Origin: Antedon mediterranea
Taxonomy: Eukaryota; Animalia; Echinodermata
Assembly: GCF_964355755.1 (NCBI RefSeq)
Contig: NC_092671.1
Span: forward strand, 26,920,070 to 26,984,069
Length of the DNA: 64,000 nucleotides
Reading direction: 5' to 3'
Shown here: positions 35,285 to 49,283 of the stretch, one piece after another
Position numbering within the stretch: the stretch's first letter is position 1
Layout: every line of letters begins with the position of its first letter
The notes under the pieces: generated by a model
Told to the model about the DNA's origin: nothing
Databases searched by the model: none
The model's input: only the letters and a program-made list of their open reading frames with translations
Program-made: the position numbers and the translations under genes

Positions 35285-38200
35285 GTTTAGAATATCATCA
35301 GTGTAAATACTGAACATTCACCAGAGAGAGAGAGTAGAAATAGCTCCGGCAAAACTACAAACAAAGCCTTTTTTCCAAACTCTCGCAACTTCAGAATATC
35401 GTCCGATGACAGATAATATTCCAATAAACAACATTAAAATGCCTAGAACTTCTTTTTAAAATAAGTTGTCACATGCGGCATACGTTATTATGGGTTCGCA
35501 GACCGTAATTCTTCCAACAAGGCAACAAAGACCACCAAAATCCGAATACCTGTGAAAGATTCATATGGACTAAAAATGTTCACAATATTAATATTTACAC
35601 ACTTAACTACATCATTTTAATTGATTGGTAACGTAGGCCTATCACGTTGACAGCAATGAAACGGAACAAGTGTGAATGTAGTTTTAGAATCGTACAATGT
35701 TATACTTTATTAGGCTAATAGTATTTTTTAAATCTAACCAAGATATACAATAATACTTTTGCTAGAGTATATATATATATCATATCATTACACGTGTACC
35801 AAAAACAATCCGGCAGGTCACAAGTTTTTGAGATACGTAGAGCTCTCTCTGTGTTGGAAAAAATAAAACAAAGTAGGCCTACTGCTGACGTTGTTTCTTA
35901 TAAATAATGTCAATAGGACTTAAGCTCGTCTAAGGATACCAATTCTTCGAAAGTTCTATCTCTGTAAACTTGTAAATTATTCGATCTTATTTTCCTATAG
36001 AATAATAAGTAAGATTTTTAAAAAGCGAGGGCACAGTTAAAAGGAATCGAATTGGCTAGATGAGTGGCAGTAGTGTTAACACTACCGAGTGCTAGGCTTT
36101 TTCTAGTCCGCGTCCATATCGTGACATGTTTCAGCAATAAAAGACTACTTACAAAATTGAAAGTGATAAGCAATGAAGATGCATCCGATTCTATGGTAGT
36201 TACAACGTTGTTATCTAAATTCTTGTTTAAAAAATGACACAGATACTGGGGTTCTTATTCAAAACATATTAACATTATCAAGATAGTATACTAGTTTGGC
36301 ATTATTTCTCCTCTCAGACTTGATTAATAATAATGTTACCATAATAGATTGTCTAACGGTAATCAATAATAGAAACTATAGCCTAACTTACAATGTTTTC
36401 AGTGCTGTCAAACCATTAAGTGGTTTTGAAATATGTTTCATTCATAGAAATTAAGAAATGAATGTACATTAATGATTTTAATATTAATTGTGATTAATGT
36501 ATAACAAATAGCAAATAAAATGTTATTATAAATATTTTCAAGGATGTCAATCCACTAAATACACCGAATGATAAAGTACTTATTTGGCAAGCTTTCAGAA
36601 GTCTACTTGTTATTTATTGATACTGTATTATGAATTTGTTGGAATAACAGTCAATAACGGAAAATACTTGCAGTGTTAAAAAACTTGTCTGAAAAGCGGT
36701 AAATGAATGTTTCGACAGAAAATACTTACAATGTGTTCAATGCTGTCAAACCAGCAAATACATTGGCTGGCAATGTACGTATTTGGTTATCACTCAAATC
36801 CCTTCAAAGTAAAAGCGATTTAATAATATTATGTGGTTTTAAATCACTTTTTGGAGACGATATAGTCCGTTACGGATTGGTAGCGAGATTTTTTTTAAAG
36901 CGGTAATGAATGTTTAACAGAAAATACTTAGTGTTTGCAATTCTGTCAAACCAGCAAATACATTAGCTGGCAAAGTACTTATCACTTAAATCCCTTCAAA
37001 GTAAAAGTGATGTAGTAATATTATGTGGTTTTAAAATAATTTTTATTCATGGAAATAATAAAACAATATAGTCAATTAAAGATTTAGTATTATGAGATTG
37101 TCTAAATAAACGGGAAATGTTGATCACTCTCAAATTAAAACCGATGTTCAGTAAGAGGCTTTAAAAGACTATCCTTGTCTTTTAAAATTTAATAAATATA
37201 GTAAAAGGTACATTTATTCTTATGATATCGTATAAAAAACGTCAAATCGAATATTTATTACAATTCTTGAAATGATGTCCTACAAACACATTGGCTGGCA
37301 GTATACTTATTTGGTTAGATTTCAGAACCCTTCAATGAAAAAAAATGGCTTTTAACTTGCTTTTTCCTATGTCGACTAATTTAAGATGACACATTTACGT
37401 ACAATAATAATGTGGTTTGACATATAAGGAGAAACAGTTTCATCGTAATTCGAACAGAAAATGTATTTAAAAACGATAATCACTCTGTTCTTGTGGATTC
37501 TTAATAATAGTCATAGACATAGGTTATATAGAACACAATATTATAAACAAGATGTCAATTCCATAAGAAAATTCCTAAAACTATACCTACAAGCGTTGTA
37601 TTGGACAATTAACGCTGTACTCGGCCAATTCTTGCAAGTTTTAACTTGGGATAGTTGACCAATTTGAGATATTGTGTTATTGATTACGAACACTCATAAA
37701 TCGTACCGGTGTTTCGTAATGGTGGACATTTTATTTAAAACATACCGTAATTTTTCTGACCTAATAATGATAGCCGTAGACGGCTATTTAATAATTTCAC
37801 AGGAAATTGTTAACAACATTAGGCCTATACCTACAAGCGTTGTATTTGACACTGCTCGTTGTACTCGTCCAATTTGCAGAATAGACCGCTTAATATATCT
37901 TTGGTTAGACGTACGATTACCGGAAGCATTATGCCTACACGTGACTGTACCATCGTCACAATCACAACCGTCTGGGCAATTTGTAAAAACAATAATATAA
38001 TAGATATCAACTCAAACAATAAATTGTACAGAAGGTTAATTTTAATGAAAAAAATTACACAACAATTTCACGGTATTGGTGGAATATTGTTGTTATAATA
38101 GTTTTATTCATGTCTATGAGGCAATAGGGAAAGAAGAAGAAGGAAAATAGAAAGAGAGAAACAATTGAAAGAGAGCTTAATAATAATCCCTAAAAGAGAA

Positions 38201-38910
38201 ATCTTGAGTCGGGTAAACCTGACAGAGAAAAAATTAATAAAAAATACGACGTTATTTTGTGCAGCAATAATTTATTTCCTCCAAAATACACAGAATGACA
38301 AAATATATAAAAATGAGGTAAAGGAGGAGGGCAGACAACTGAGAAACAAGTTCCTATTACTCAAAAGGTTTTAACTGTTATTTGATGACATAAGTTATAA
38401 GTTTTCACTTCAATTTTTACCTAGTGTAGTTGCTGAAAGAAATGTATAGATTGCTAATTTAAATAGATTTAACGTATTGTAACGAAATGTATTGTAACTC
38501 AATATTATAACAGATTAAGACAGAAGAAAAATATTATATTTTAATACAAAAGTTAATGACAAAAAAAGATCGACGTTTCGGTACCATCAAACCATTATTA
38601 TATTAAAACCAAATAATAATCTTACATGCACTAATCACCCAAGTTGGCGACAGACCCAAAAAAGTTTGACATGACATGCTCTGGGGGCTAAATTAGTAAT
38701 TAGCTCCTCCTACTAAAGTAAATACACATTTTGCTTTAATTGAAATATTGTGCTCCAGAATAATTACATGCATACATAGACATTAATTTAAATCATAACT
38801 GAAGTATTGTTGTTGCAGCAGTAAGCAAACACGGTGCAGTCAAGATCAGTACGATTAATATTTTCAAGATGATAGTAATCCTCGCGTTACGCAGTTCTAC
38901 TCTCGTTGAA
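35285..38910 (-). pseudogene. Decayed tandem paralogue of the LRR-GPCR
   Basis: LRR-exon remnants at ~35919-35994, 36153-36222, 36731-36801, 36930-36993 and 37263-37329. Duplicated LRRNT-like exon at ~37590 and ~37833. The hinge/7TM piece (35290-35550) is nearly identical to 43255-43653 but has a 159-bp deletion and a +4 GA expansion, and lacks TM4-7. Confidence 0.8.
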
Positions 38911-39199
38911 AGACACGTTTCGTCTGTTTGTAAAGTTCACTTAATGACGACGAGGAAGAGAAATGTATTCACCTGGTTGTCCTTATTATTATATTATATT
39001 ATAAATAATTTACCATTTCGTTTTAGCATTGATTATAGTGTGTTAATAATGTAGATAATTTACGTCGTCGTGCATTATTGTTTTACTGTAAGTGTTATCA
39101 AAGATGTTCAAAACACTAAAAATAATAGTCTTTGTTATAAAGGGGAACTTTCGATTCGGGATGATAAACAATTAGAAAACGTTCATCGTGATGCCCTTT

Positions 39200-39280
39200 T
39201 CAACAAGGCCATATACACGGCTGCAGTCGCGTGCTCAAGTATAGTGTTTACCGACTAACCGACCGTTGCACGCGACTAAT
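39200..39280 (+). mobile_element. Short HINE family C-related derivative
   Basis: AACAAGGCC..AGTCGCGTGC..CCGACTAACCGACC..GCACGCGACTAA. Confidence 0.55.
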
Positions 39281-39289
39281 ACAAAATGA

Positions 39290-39632
39290 CATGTACCTTG
39301 GGAATGTGTTGTGAATAGAAACTGGATGATCTGAATATATTTATGTCAGGTTTGAACAATGTGACTTCTCCGATATACGGAAAAACAAAATGAAAATATT
39401 ATGGGATGAGAAGGAAATAACAATGTTCAAATTAACATAACTGATGTTGAGAAAAACCTTTAAAAAGGTCAAGTCCAAGAAAGCTACAGGGCCAGAGTTA
39501 ATCTCGGGGAAAGTTCTAAAGACTTGTTATTTTCAATTGAAATATATTTTCCATTGCCTATTCCAGTGGTCGGTTGATGTATGCCGTGTTTTGAAACTTG
39601 CCATTATTACACCGATTCCAAATAAATTATAA
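39290..39632 (+). mobile_element. Rex1/Babar-like LINE RT fragment (degenerate)
   Basis: RKTFKKVKSKKATGPELISGKVLKTC..IITPIP matches the RT N-terminal region of CR1-group LINEs. Confidence 0.55.
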
Positions 39633-39886
39633 CTGTACTATTTGTAACGATTAATAGCAATCAATTTGCTTATAGAGCAAACAGGGAGTAGTTGACGCTG
39701 TTATGACGCTCACGTAGAAGAAAATTTTCTTGAAATAAATATGTTATTCCTCTGTCGTTTAATTAATTGTATTGTATTATTTGGTTTTCTCATATCAATG
39801 TTAACAGCAAAAGTGAAATTCAAAACAATTGTAAATAGGCCAGCAAAGTTATCGGTGTCGGAAGTGAAATCTCCAAATGATATGTT

Positions 39887-40945
39887 TGTAGCGGGTGTTC
39901 ACTCTCCTTAGCAAGCGTTTTGCGCAATGCTAGCACCGCGAGCTACAAATAATATATTTACTCGGACCTGGTCTCTCGAACTTCCGAATGAATAAAAAAA
40001 AACGACACTAAGGAATCGTGGGGATCCGGTTCACGGTTAACCACTCAGCCGGTATGAGCTACGTCACACAGCAGGAAAGCAATACACTAAACACAACAAC
40101 TAAAATTTTATAACTTTAATTTATTCCGTATTAAATAATAATTAAAAGAATACAGTACAATTATGCAAAAAAAGATAATATTTAATTAAAACCTACACCT
40201 AGTCTAACCTAACACTACTCACGTGAGGTAATTTGGGGATGTGAACAAAATGTTCAATCAAAGTAAATGTAGTCCAACGGCGAAACGGCGAAACAAAAGA
40301 AAATCAAATACGACAACAGGAACAGTCCAATCCAAAATGAGTTGATAAAAAGTTGAAAGTAGTCTTCTTCTTAATTGTTCAATAAGACAGGATCAAATTC
40401 TTAAATAATAGCTGGTTTTCGGTTTTATGGCCAAATAATTTAAAACAAAAAAACAAAGTCTGCAACACACTGTTTCGTTCGGATAAATTCCTAAACGATA
40501 CTTCTTTGTGTTCAGTTCTGAGTGTTCCTCAGCTCTCTGTATGACTTGTCGATTCTTAAATCTTTTTCTCTGTTTTTCTCTCCTTTTCCTGTCTTTCTAT
40601 TTTATAAGGGGGCTACTCCACCCATATAATTCGATTGATTGGTCTTGATTGGTGTCACTTCACCTTCACCTCAGTTAAAGCTAGGGCAAACTGGACCACT
40701 GGACAGCAACACTTGTTTACAGCAACTCCATTAGAAATCCCATTAGGCCAGTTATAAATTCCACAATTAGTGTAATTAGTGAACAGTTGATAGATTATCA
40801 TATTCTTTCCAGATGTTAGGAATTGGGGGTCCTAACTACAAACTAAGAATTAATTAAGAAAACTTAACATTGAAGTTATTAAAAAATAAAAGGTAAAAGA
40901 ATTATAAAAGTAAATTTAAACAAATCAAAAATGCACACTATTACA
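39887..40945 (-). mobile_element. Putative solo LTR
   Basis: TGTAG...TTACA termini with a candidate 4-bp TSD TGTT (39883-39886, 40946-40949). The minus strand has TATAAAAA (~40598-40606), CCAAT boxes and ATTAAA. The element could instead extend to ~41088. Confidence 0.5.
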
Positions 40946-42641
40946 TGTTTAAAATGTTTAACTTAAACAAAATTAATCAATTATACAAGACTCAACCATT
41001 GCAAATGCAGTCACACACAGATAGACAGACACATAGACTGACACTGAAAGCAATTTCCACAAACCGTTTCAGATGTTCAACACTATACATGGCATGCAAT
41101 TTATTTAATCAAAACTTAAAAAGATAGTAACTTGTATTCATTTATTTTAATATTTATCACTTTGTATTATTTAATGATCTACTATGGTACAAAACATAAA
41201 TTGTAAAATATTAACAATAAAGTAGACTTGTATCTTGTATCTAAACTTAAAAGTCTTTAAACAATGGTGCTTTAAACACACTATTTCATCACATCATTGG
41301 TAGAGCTGAAATGATATAATATAAATATGTCTAAGTTTTATTATTCAGGATTAAATCATCTGATATAGACCTTACAATTCAACTAGGGGACACTATCCGA
41401 TCTAGATAAAATTTGAGTTTTATGCCAAAACGAAATATAAAATTAATGCTCATAAATTCTATGTCGTTTTTTCACTGAGGAATATCTATTGTATATGAAT
41501 AAATGTGATTTTTTTCCTATTAGCTTTAAGTCATGGACTAACATCTTTCTGGAACAGTTTCTACACAGCGGCAGCGTAATCCGTGTGGATAAGCAAACTG
41601 ATTTTTCCGTACCATCTCGTTTAGATCAAATTGATATGAAGTCTTAATTTTAACGGAACATTCCATTTGAGGATGAATAATATAAAACAGATACTTGGGC
41701 AGATTGATCTCCCGTCTTGAATCGAAAGCTCCCTTCTCGGGAACTTATTTTAAGGATCCGGTATTAAATTATGACACTTGCATTGTTAAGTTGATTTATA
41801 AGCCAACCTATGACATATCACAAAAATACCGCAATTTTAGGCCTACGTGTTTGATTCATACATAATGTATTACCTTTAGCATTGCTTTTAGTACTTTTTA
41901 AAAATGTATGAACAATTACATCAACAGACCAGCGAGTTATATCTTACCTGAACAGACATTATACATTACTAATAATAAGATGACGAGTTTGTTAAACCTA
42001 GGAAGATTGAAATTTTACTCTTCCCTGGTTTAACTGAGTGACTACAGAATCGGGTGCCTATACTGTCTGCTGAATATTCTTCTTGAAAAGGCTTGAGTGC
42101 TCCATCGCAAGTGAGATCAAATGACATTATGATTAAACAATAACAATAACATTTTTGTATCGTAACGATTATATTTTTATTATTAATCAGGACGTCATTT
42201 GATTTAGTTTTTCGTCATTCGGTATCGTTCTTAATAATAGTGCATCAGCAGTGTGTCAGAACAAACAAGTTTATACATTTCACAGAAAGTTTGTAGATAC
42301 AAGAAGAATTTATTTGGTAAGTCGTGACAAATAAAATCGCTCGTCATAGTTATATAATGAGTAGTAAAGTTATATAATACAGAAAATATTTATAAAAAAA
42401 CACCATATACAAATACAGGTGAAGATTTAACACATCAGAGATCAACAATGATGATGTAATAGTAAAGTTAGGTTGTCGTACACCATGTGTTTCTAAAAGG
42501 AAATAAATTATGGTTGAGAATGTCTCGATGTTTAGCTATATGCTACAAACCGCATTCTGAAATGCTAGGCAAGTAAAGATGGAACTCTGGGGCAAAAACC
42601 TCTTAGGCCTACTCAAAACTTAGCAAAAAAATTGTTTCAAT

Positions 42642-45600
42642 TTATAGCGTCGATTGCATGCTAGATTTTGTGCACGTGCACATATAGAAAAGTGTGTAAA
42701 GATACGGGTTGATTGTCGAGTTAATGGTAATGATGAAAGTTGCCGTCCAAACATATATTTCATCAGGAATCCTCCAAGTCTCTGTTTCTGAACAAATTCC
42801 CATCAGTATGATAGGAAACCAGCAACAGAAATCAGTGAAAACTATTAAAGAACATTTTCTAACCCTTCTAATTTGTTCTTCCCTTCGTTTTATGCTTTTG
42901 ATAGTGGCTCCTAATCTCTTAACAGAGAAAAAAATGGTGAGGTAACTTACTGCAATAACAATAAAACCTAAACCATTAAATGCAATAGAAATTCCAATGG
43001 CATACTCCCAGCCTGGCCACCGACTTCTTGTTAGTGGTAGTGCAAGGCACACACTGTCCTTTCCATAATAGTTCTCACCAAAATACGATATATTGACGAA
43101 ACTTAGTTTGTTTAGTACTGGAAGAAAACTGAGAACAATCCAAACCAGCCAACCAACTCCGATAATGATTCTACATTTTGTGCGGTTGAGGCGTTTGGTA
43201 GTGAATGGATTGGTGATGTTTACAGCGCGATCAATGCTCAATATCATAAGTGTAAACACTGAACATTCACCAGAGAGAGTAGAAATAGCTCCGGCAAAAC
43301 TACAAACAAAGCTGTTTTTCCAAACTCTCGCAACTTCAGAATATCGTCCTCTGTAATGTATATCTGCACTTGAAATGATTATCAAATATACTGCCATCAG
43401 CAGGTCAGAGACGGCAAGATTAGTGATAAGTATGTTCTGTACTTTATTGAATTCATTTTTACTGTTATCCTTTCTTAACCTTCGTGCAACAATAACCACT
43501 ACATTTCCGATGACAGATAGTATTCCAATAACCAACATTAAAATGCCTAGAACTTCCTTTTTTAGTAAGTCTTCACATGAAGAAAACACGTCTTTTGGTT
43601 TGCAGATTTCAATCTTACCCACAAGGCAACAGAGGCGAAAAAAATCTGAATACCTGTAAAAGATAAAACACTAAATGTGATACAAAACAAATCAGAAAAA
43701 GAAAAGAAAATAGCTATGGCGATAAAGCCAAGTCCTCGGACTGTTTAAATCTGTTCAATTGAATACCAGAAAGACTAATTGATATTTCAGTTAGTAAATT
43801 TCAATTTCCATTAAGTAAACATGTCTTAAAATATTGTTATATACTAAAATGTCTGACATCTTAAGACCAACCTATCTAAAAGTAGTTAGAATACATGACT
43901 GTCGAGGCAGCCAATTAGATGTCGGAACTATACTTAAATTTTAATGTAAGAATACTTTATATTTTGTTTATAGGTCTACAAAATCGGTACTGGTAATGTT
44001 TTTATATAAAGGCCTAAAATTATGTCATTCCATAAAGACAAGAAATATATGCACATTTTACAAATATATGGACGAGTAAATCCGTGAAATTACTTACAGT
44101 TTTTTTAAGTTTATCAATTCTTCAAAAGTGTTATCTCTGTAAATCTGTAAAGGATTTCCTTCTAGTCTCCTAGAACAATAAGAAAAAATGATAATAATAT
44201 GTGTCGGCATAGACCAAGATATCACGATGATAGGGAAGGAAGGAATCGAAGTAAAAAATTCAATACATATGATTGACGTTGGATTTAGAGATTTTTTAAA
44301 GGATAGTTTCTCGGATGTTTTGAAGCTTGTTCCTTTGTCCTTATATTATTCATGTTAAACTTTCAGGCAACGGAAGGACGTAAGCGCGCCACACGTTGTT
44401 TCAGCATTCACGACGTGATGGATCATCCGAACAGTTGCCTGTGATTGGACAACTCACTTGCGTTGTGTCTACGTTGTTGCGTGACGGGAATTATTAATAT
44501 TAGGCTTATAACTCTAATGTGTGCTGTGCTGTATAAAGTAAGAAGTCTATTAAATATACTTGTTTGTTTTTTTCGTCAGTTACATCTGTTCGTCACAATA
44601 ACAACAAAAAAACAGATCAACTGATAAAGTCAAGCTGAGCTTGGTTAACCTGTCTTAACGTTAGTTTAACATTGGTTTATAATTTAATAATCTACGGTAT
44701 TACTGCAATGAAACCAGCTTTACATTTAAACTAAATTTAGTTTTGAGAGCATGGTATTTACAATAACAATTTTACCCACTTTCAATGTAGTACTGTATTA
44801 AAATTGTAACGTATACGATCAAGGCAATCAGATTTAGATTTCCTTTGTATGATAACGTTTTCACATAAGAAGGTAACTGTTACTTACAAAATTGAAAGTG
44901 ATGAAGAGAAATAAGAAAATGCACCTGGTTCTATTGTAGTTATGGCGTTTTTATCTAAATTCCTATTTTAAAAAAACATGTGAAAATAAATTACATAATT
45001 TAATTCACTCTCAAAGACACGGTTAGGGCTAACTGCTTAGATAAAATAAAATTAAATAATCAAATTAAAAAATACTATTAAAAATTAAAACAATTCAGCA
45101 AAATAATTATACCGCCAATACAATATAAATATACTTACAGTGTCTCTAGTGCAGTCAAACCGTCAAACATATTGGACGTCAATGTAGTTATATTTTTAAC
45201 CTTCAAATTCCTTTAAAATACAAACAATACTATATAGTGAGATTGTCTAAGAGTGTAAAAGTTAGTATTATCTTTATGCCTTTCTTTATAACTGAAAAAA
45301 AAATGAAAAAAAATACAAACAGTTCTTTCAATGATGTCAAACCAACAAATAACTTGTCCGGAAATGTGTTTAGTTGATTAGCTTTCAAAACCCTGGAAAG
45401 TAAATGCAATAAAAGAATATAATGATATATTGTAGTGTAACAACGGAAACTTCTAGACATTCTCAAACGTACTTTATTTCTTATTGGAAACACAAGCAAA
45501 CCGAACTTTATATTATTTTGAAATGGAGAATAAATTGATGCTTGATAGTTTACCAAATTATTTGTTGGAGATAGGCCTAAGTGTGTAAATCTCAACGCCT

Positions 45601-47468
45601 TCAGTAAAAAAAAAAAACAGTGAACAGTAAAGAGAGATATTTAAATCAAATTTATAAAGCAATTACATAGAGAATTACTCACAATGTTTCCAATGATGTC
45701 AATCCGAAAAACATACAGACTGGCAACGTACTTATTTGTTGAACTCTCAAATTCCTACAAATTACAAAAATACTGTACAATCAAAAACGTCCCTATGCCA
45801 TTTTGTATTGTGCATGGCTCGGAATTTGAAGATGCAATTTAAACATGCTTATTTGTTGTTTTGTAGTACTATTGTTTCTAGACTTGACTAATTACAATCT
45901 TTATGTCGATTTTTAATTCAGCTGAAATATACGGTCGAGAAAACACCATTTGTGTCAAAATATTTCTCTTTTTACCAATAATAAGTAGAAATTCCGTCTA
46001 GAATCTAGACTAACTTATCTCAAATTACTGGTTAAGCTTGGTTCCCACTAGAACGTAACGCAAGGACTAAACGCAACGCAAGCGTTTTAACCAATGACAA
46101 GCGAAGTTATAGACAGTTAGCAATCACAAGCGAATAAGCCATCGCTTGTGATTGGTCAATTCACTTGCGTTGCTTTACGTCCTTGTATTGCGTCGCTAGT
46201 AGTGGGAACCACGCTTTATATATGATACATTAGCCTATACGGTACATTACGGAGTTATTATGCGATTGGTTAAACGACTGTAAATTAAGGTTAATGAGAA
46301 AGAAAAATACTTGCAGTTTGTTTAATCCCCTCAAAGCAGAAAATACATTGTCCGGGATTGCCGTTATTTTGTTAGCTCTCAAAGTCCTTCAAAGCGAAAA
46401 CAAAAAAACCAAGTGCTTTTACAATACTTTTTGATGGGATGAAGAATTTAAGTCATGTGATTGTTTAATACACGAAAGAAGTAAATTAGTATTTTAGAAA
46501 AATACTTACAGTCCTTGCAATGCCGTAAACTCAGAAAACACATTGGATGGAAATTTACCTATTTGGGTAGTTCTCAAATCCCTTTAAAGTAAAAACAAGT
46601 AAAATATACTATTAAAGAGAGTGATTTATATTGCCAAATTTACTTTATTCTTATAACTTCAAATCAAAATGCGTGTTTGCGTTGCCGTATGTTGTCCATT
46701 ACAGTATATATCGGTTACAATATCGTTTGGATAACCAATAGATGAGATCATGGAGTAATATGAGAACCACTACCGGTATCGTTTTTTATCGAAATGTTAA
46801 CGCAACTCTACGGATATTTTTCAATAAAAACTTTGTCATAAATACAATAATAATGTGTTGAGTGGGCGGCCAGACATCTATTGCACAAACGAGTTAATTT
46901 ATACTTTTACTTACAAGTGTTTTATTGGACAAGTAGCGTGATAATCTCCCAATTTTGTCAGCAACGTAGAGCTATTTGTACACACGACTGAGCCTGAACC
47001 ATTTACACAAGTATTGTCGCAATCGACTGGACATGTCGCTTCTGTGTCAAAGCATAAAAAAAACGACATGAAGCCAAAAGTAAGTTAACTACACTCCTTC
47101 GTCGGTACATAATGTACAACTTGGGATTTCACTACATTTTTGGTACACGTCAGAGTCCTACAATCCAATCTACTCTACAGCTGCTACTCGTACTGTAGTA
47201 TCAACAGGACTAAAGCTAATGTTTTCCACTAAAGACCTGAATGTTTTTCAGATATTTACCTTTAGTAGGCCTATTCATAACCCAAAAGAATTACATAATT
47301 ATAATCAAACATTCTAAGTTTGGACGTTTACTTCATTAAATAAGCTATTGTACTTGTACTAATTATAATTCAAATAACGAAATCAATCTTACCACAAACA
47401 CTGCTGCAGTAAGAAAACGGTAAACTCAAGATTACTACGATTACGATTTTAAAGATGGTAGTCGACAT
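42642..47468 (-). CDS. Leucine-rich-repeat GPCR, GRL101/RXFP-like 7TM. Exons: 47468-47393, 47041-46915, 46581-46510, 46386-46315, 45754-45683, 45392-45321, 45210-45139, 44962-44888, 44169-44098, 43653-42642
   Basis: Signal peptide, a Cys-rich cap exon and seven phase-2 LRR exons of 72-75 nt. Hinge YSDFFRLCC..CKPKDVFSSCEDLL. The 7TM has NLAVSDLLM, SIDR, SVCLALP, FTDFCCWFP and NSTINPYLY. Confidence 0.88.
46035..46216. mobile_element. Full-length copy of the TTGGTTCCCACTAG MITE in an LGR intron
   Basis: TIRs AGCTTGGTTCCCACTAG / TAGTGGGAACCACGCT in TA/TAA context. Confidence 0.75.
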
Positions 47469-48455
47469 CTTCGGTACACAATTATTAAACGTTGTCGAAA
47501 TAAACGTTTCATCATCAATGAGCATCCTATCTTTAGTAACATGTTTTTGCCTTGTCTTCATAAAGAATTAATATTTCTTATAGCATTGATTTTAGTCGTT
47601 TTAATAATTAAGATAGATAAATTACTTAACCAGGCTGGTAGCATTCGATTTAGATCTCAGAAATTTCATACTATCTCTGCACATCCTGTGGCAAAAAATC
47701 TAGTCTGTGCCAATGAAATTCTTTAAAAACTTGAAACTATTATCAAGAACCAATCATGGGAAATCAATGTTTTTGGTGTGTAGGCCTAAATAATTCGACA
47801 ATTTAAGGATTTATAATGTAATAATAATAATGTTTTGAAAAGAGAGACAGAAATGTAATTGTAACGTTTTTGATTTGTACATGTAGGTCATATCTCTCCG
47901 AACATTCAAATAGTATTACCAATTACCAATGTTATTCAGTATTTAGATATGAGCATTAAATGAATATGGTAGGCCTATAGATACGGTACGAACGATAACT
48001 GCCTGAGCAAGGACATCGTGGAACGTTAGAGAGAACTATAAACCAAATTGTTATTGATAGATTGAATTCATATCTACAATTTCCTTTCCATAAAAATAAT
48101 ATAATAAGTAAACTAAATTAATGGCTTCACCTTCTTCATCCTGATGAGTAGATACAGAATAGGTATATTTTTAACACATTGTATTATTAAATTATCCATT
48201 CGCAAGTGCAATATTTTATTTATACTTCTTGAACTTACTACTTAAATAAACATTTCTTTTGTTTTAATTTATGATCTATCGAATGCACTGCGCAAAGTTT
48301 CCCTGAATAATAAAGGAAAATAAAGTTAGGCAAATAATAATAAACTATTATTCTGACAATATTTGAACTGTAAACATAATTCTTTTGAGTGTTTGTTTAT
48401 TTTACATATCATATCATTCCCTTCAGATCAACTATTTTTAATTTTCATTACATCT

Positions 48456-48897
48456 AACCATGGATTAAAGAATAGAAGGATATGCATCACTTTGAGATCA
48501 AGAGTTCCATGACTCTAGCCGACAGAGCGCGGACCGCCCACAATGTTACAGTTTAAGTAACCGCATGGCAACAACGAAACGGTCCGACGCGTGCCTAATA
48601 TATTGTTTACTGCACATGTGCAACGACATTTAACCTTGTTGGCTACGCTTCTTCTGCGCGTTCTTTGGTGGCATATGATGTTTGTAGATGCTATCAATCA
48701 TTGTAATTGTATTAGGCGCGCCATGTGATTGGATGTGATGTGGATGACATAACCACTAGCCAATCACCAGGCTACAGTTTAAATATAATCACATCGATAA
48801 TTAAGGAGATTTATGAAGAAACCACTGCTTATAGCCATATATAAAAAAAACACGATTGTTGTATGTGTGAACCATGGATTAAAGAATAGAAGGATAT
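48456..48897. repeat. Segment bounded by perfect 28-bp direct repeats
   Basis: AACCATGGATTAAAGAATAGAAGGATAT at 48456-48483 and 48870-48897. Confidence 0.75.
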
Positions 48898-49163
48898 TAA
48901 AATAATAATAAAGCACACATAACGCACTACCCTTTAAGCAAGCTCTACAATTTGTTTAAATCAGTTTAATATGAACTTAAGCCTTTTAAAATAAGGTACA
49001 TTATTTTTTATTCTGCAGGCATAAATATAATAATAATATTTTGTTAAAAATAAAAGAATTTGCAATAATTTCATCATTTTGGATTAATTAAATTTCCTGT
49101 TAGTTCCAAAATAAGGTTTTTTCAACAAATATCCATGTTACGGTACACAAACATATAATATGT

Positions 49164-49283
49164 TTTAGTCGATCGCGTGGACGCGACTCCATAGTTCACT
49201 ATGTCGGTCGGTCTGTCGGTCTGTCTGTCGGTCCGGTATCACTATGCGTTTTAGCACGCGACTTATGGCTGTTGGCCTTGTTT
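49164..49283 (-). mobile_element. HINE family C short form (both termini, no core)
   Basis: Has both ends of element 16042-16804 but only one microsatellite block and no internal core. Confidence 0.75.

Noticed and set aside
38569-38605. Second hammerhead candidate (minus strand ..GGT-ttgatggt-ACC-GAAACGTCGA)
   Set aside because: The CUGANGA core is absent. At most a very decayed Penelope remnant.
47370-47561. Upstream ATG at 47561 as the LGR start
   Set aside because: The hydrophobic signal peptide begins right after the ATG at 47468, which fits better. The upstream start cannot be fully excluded.
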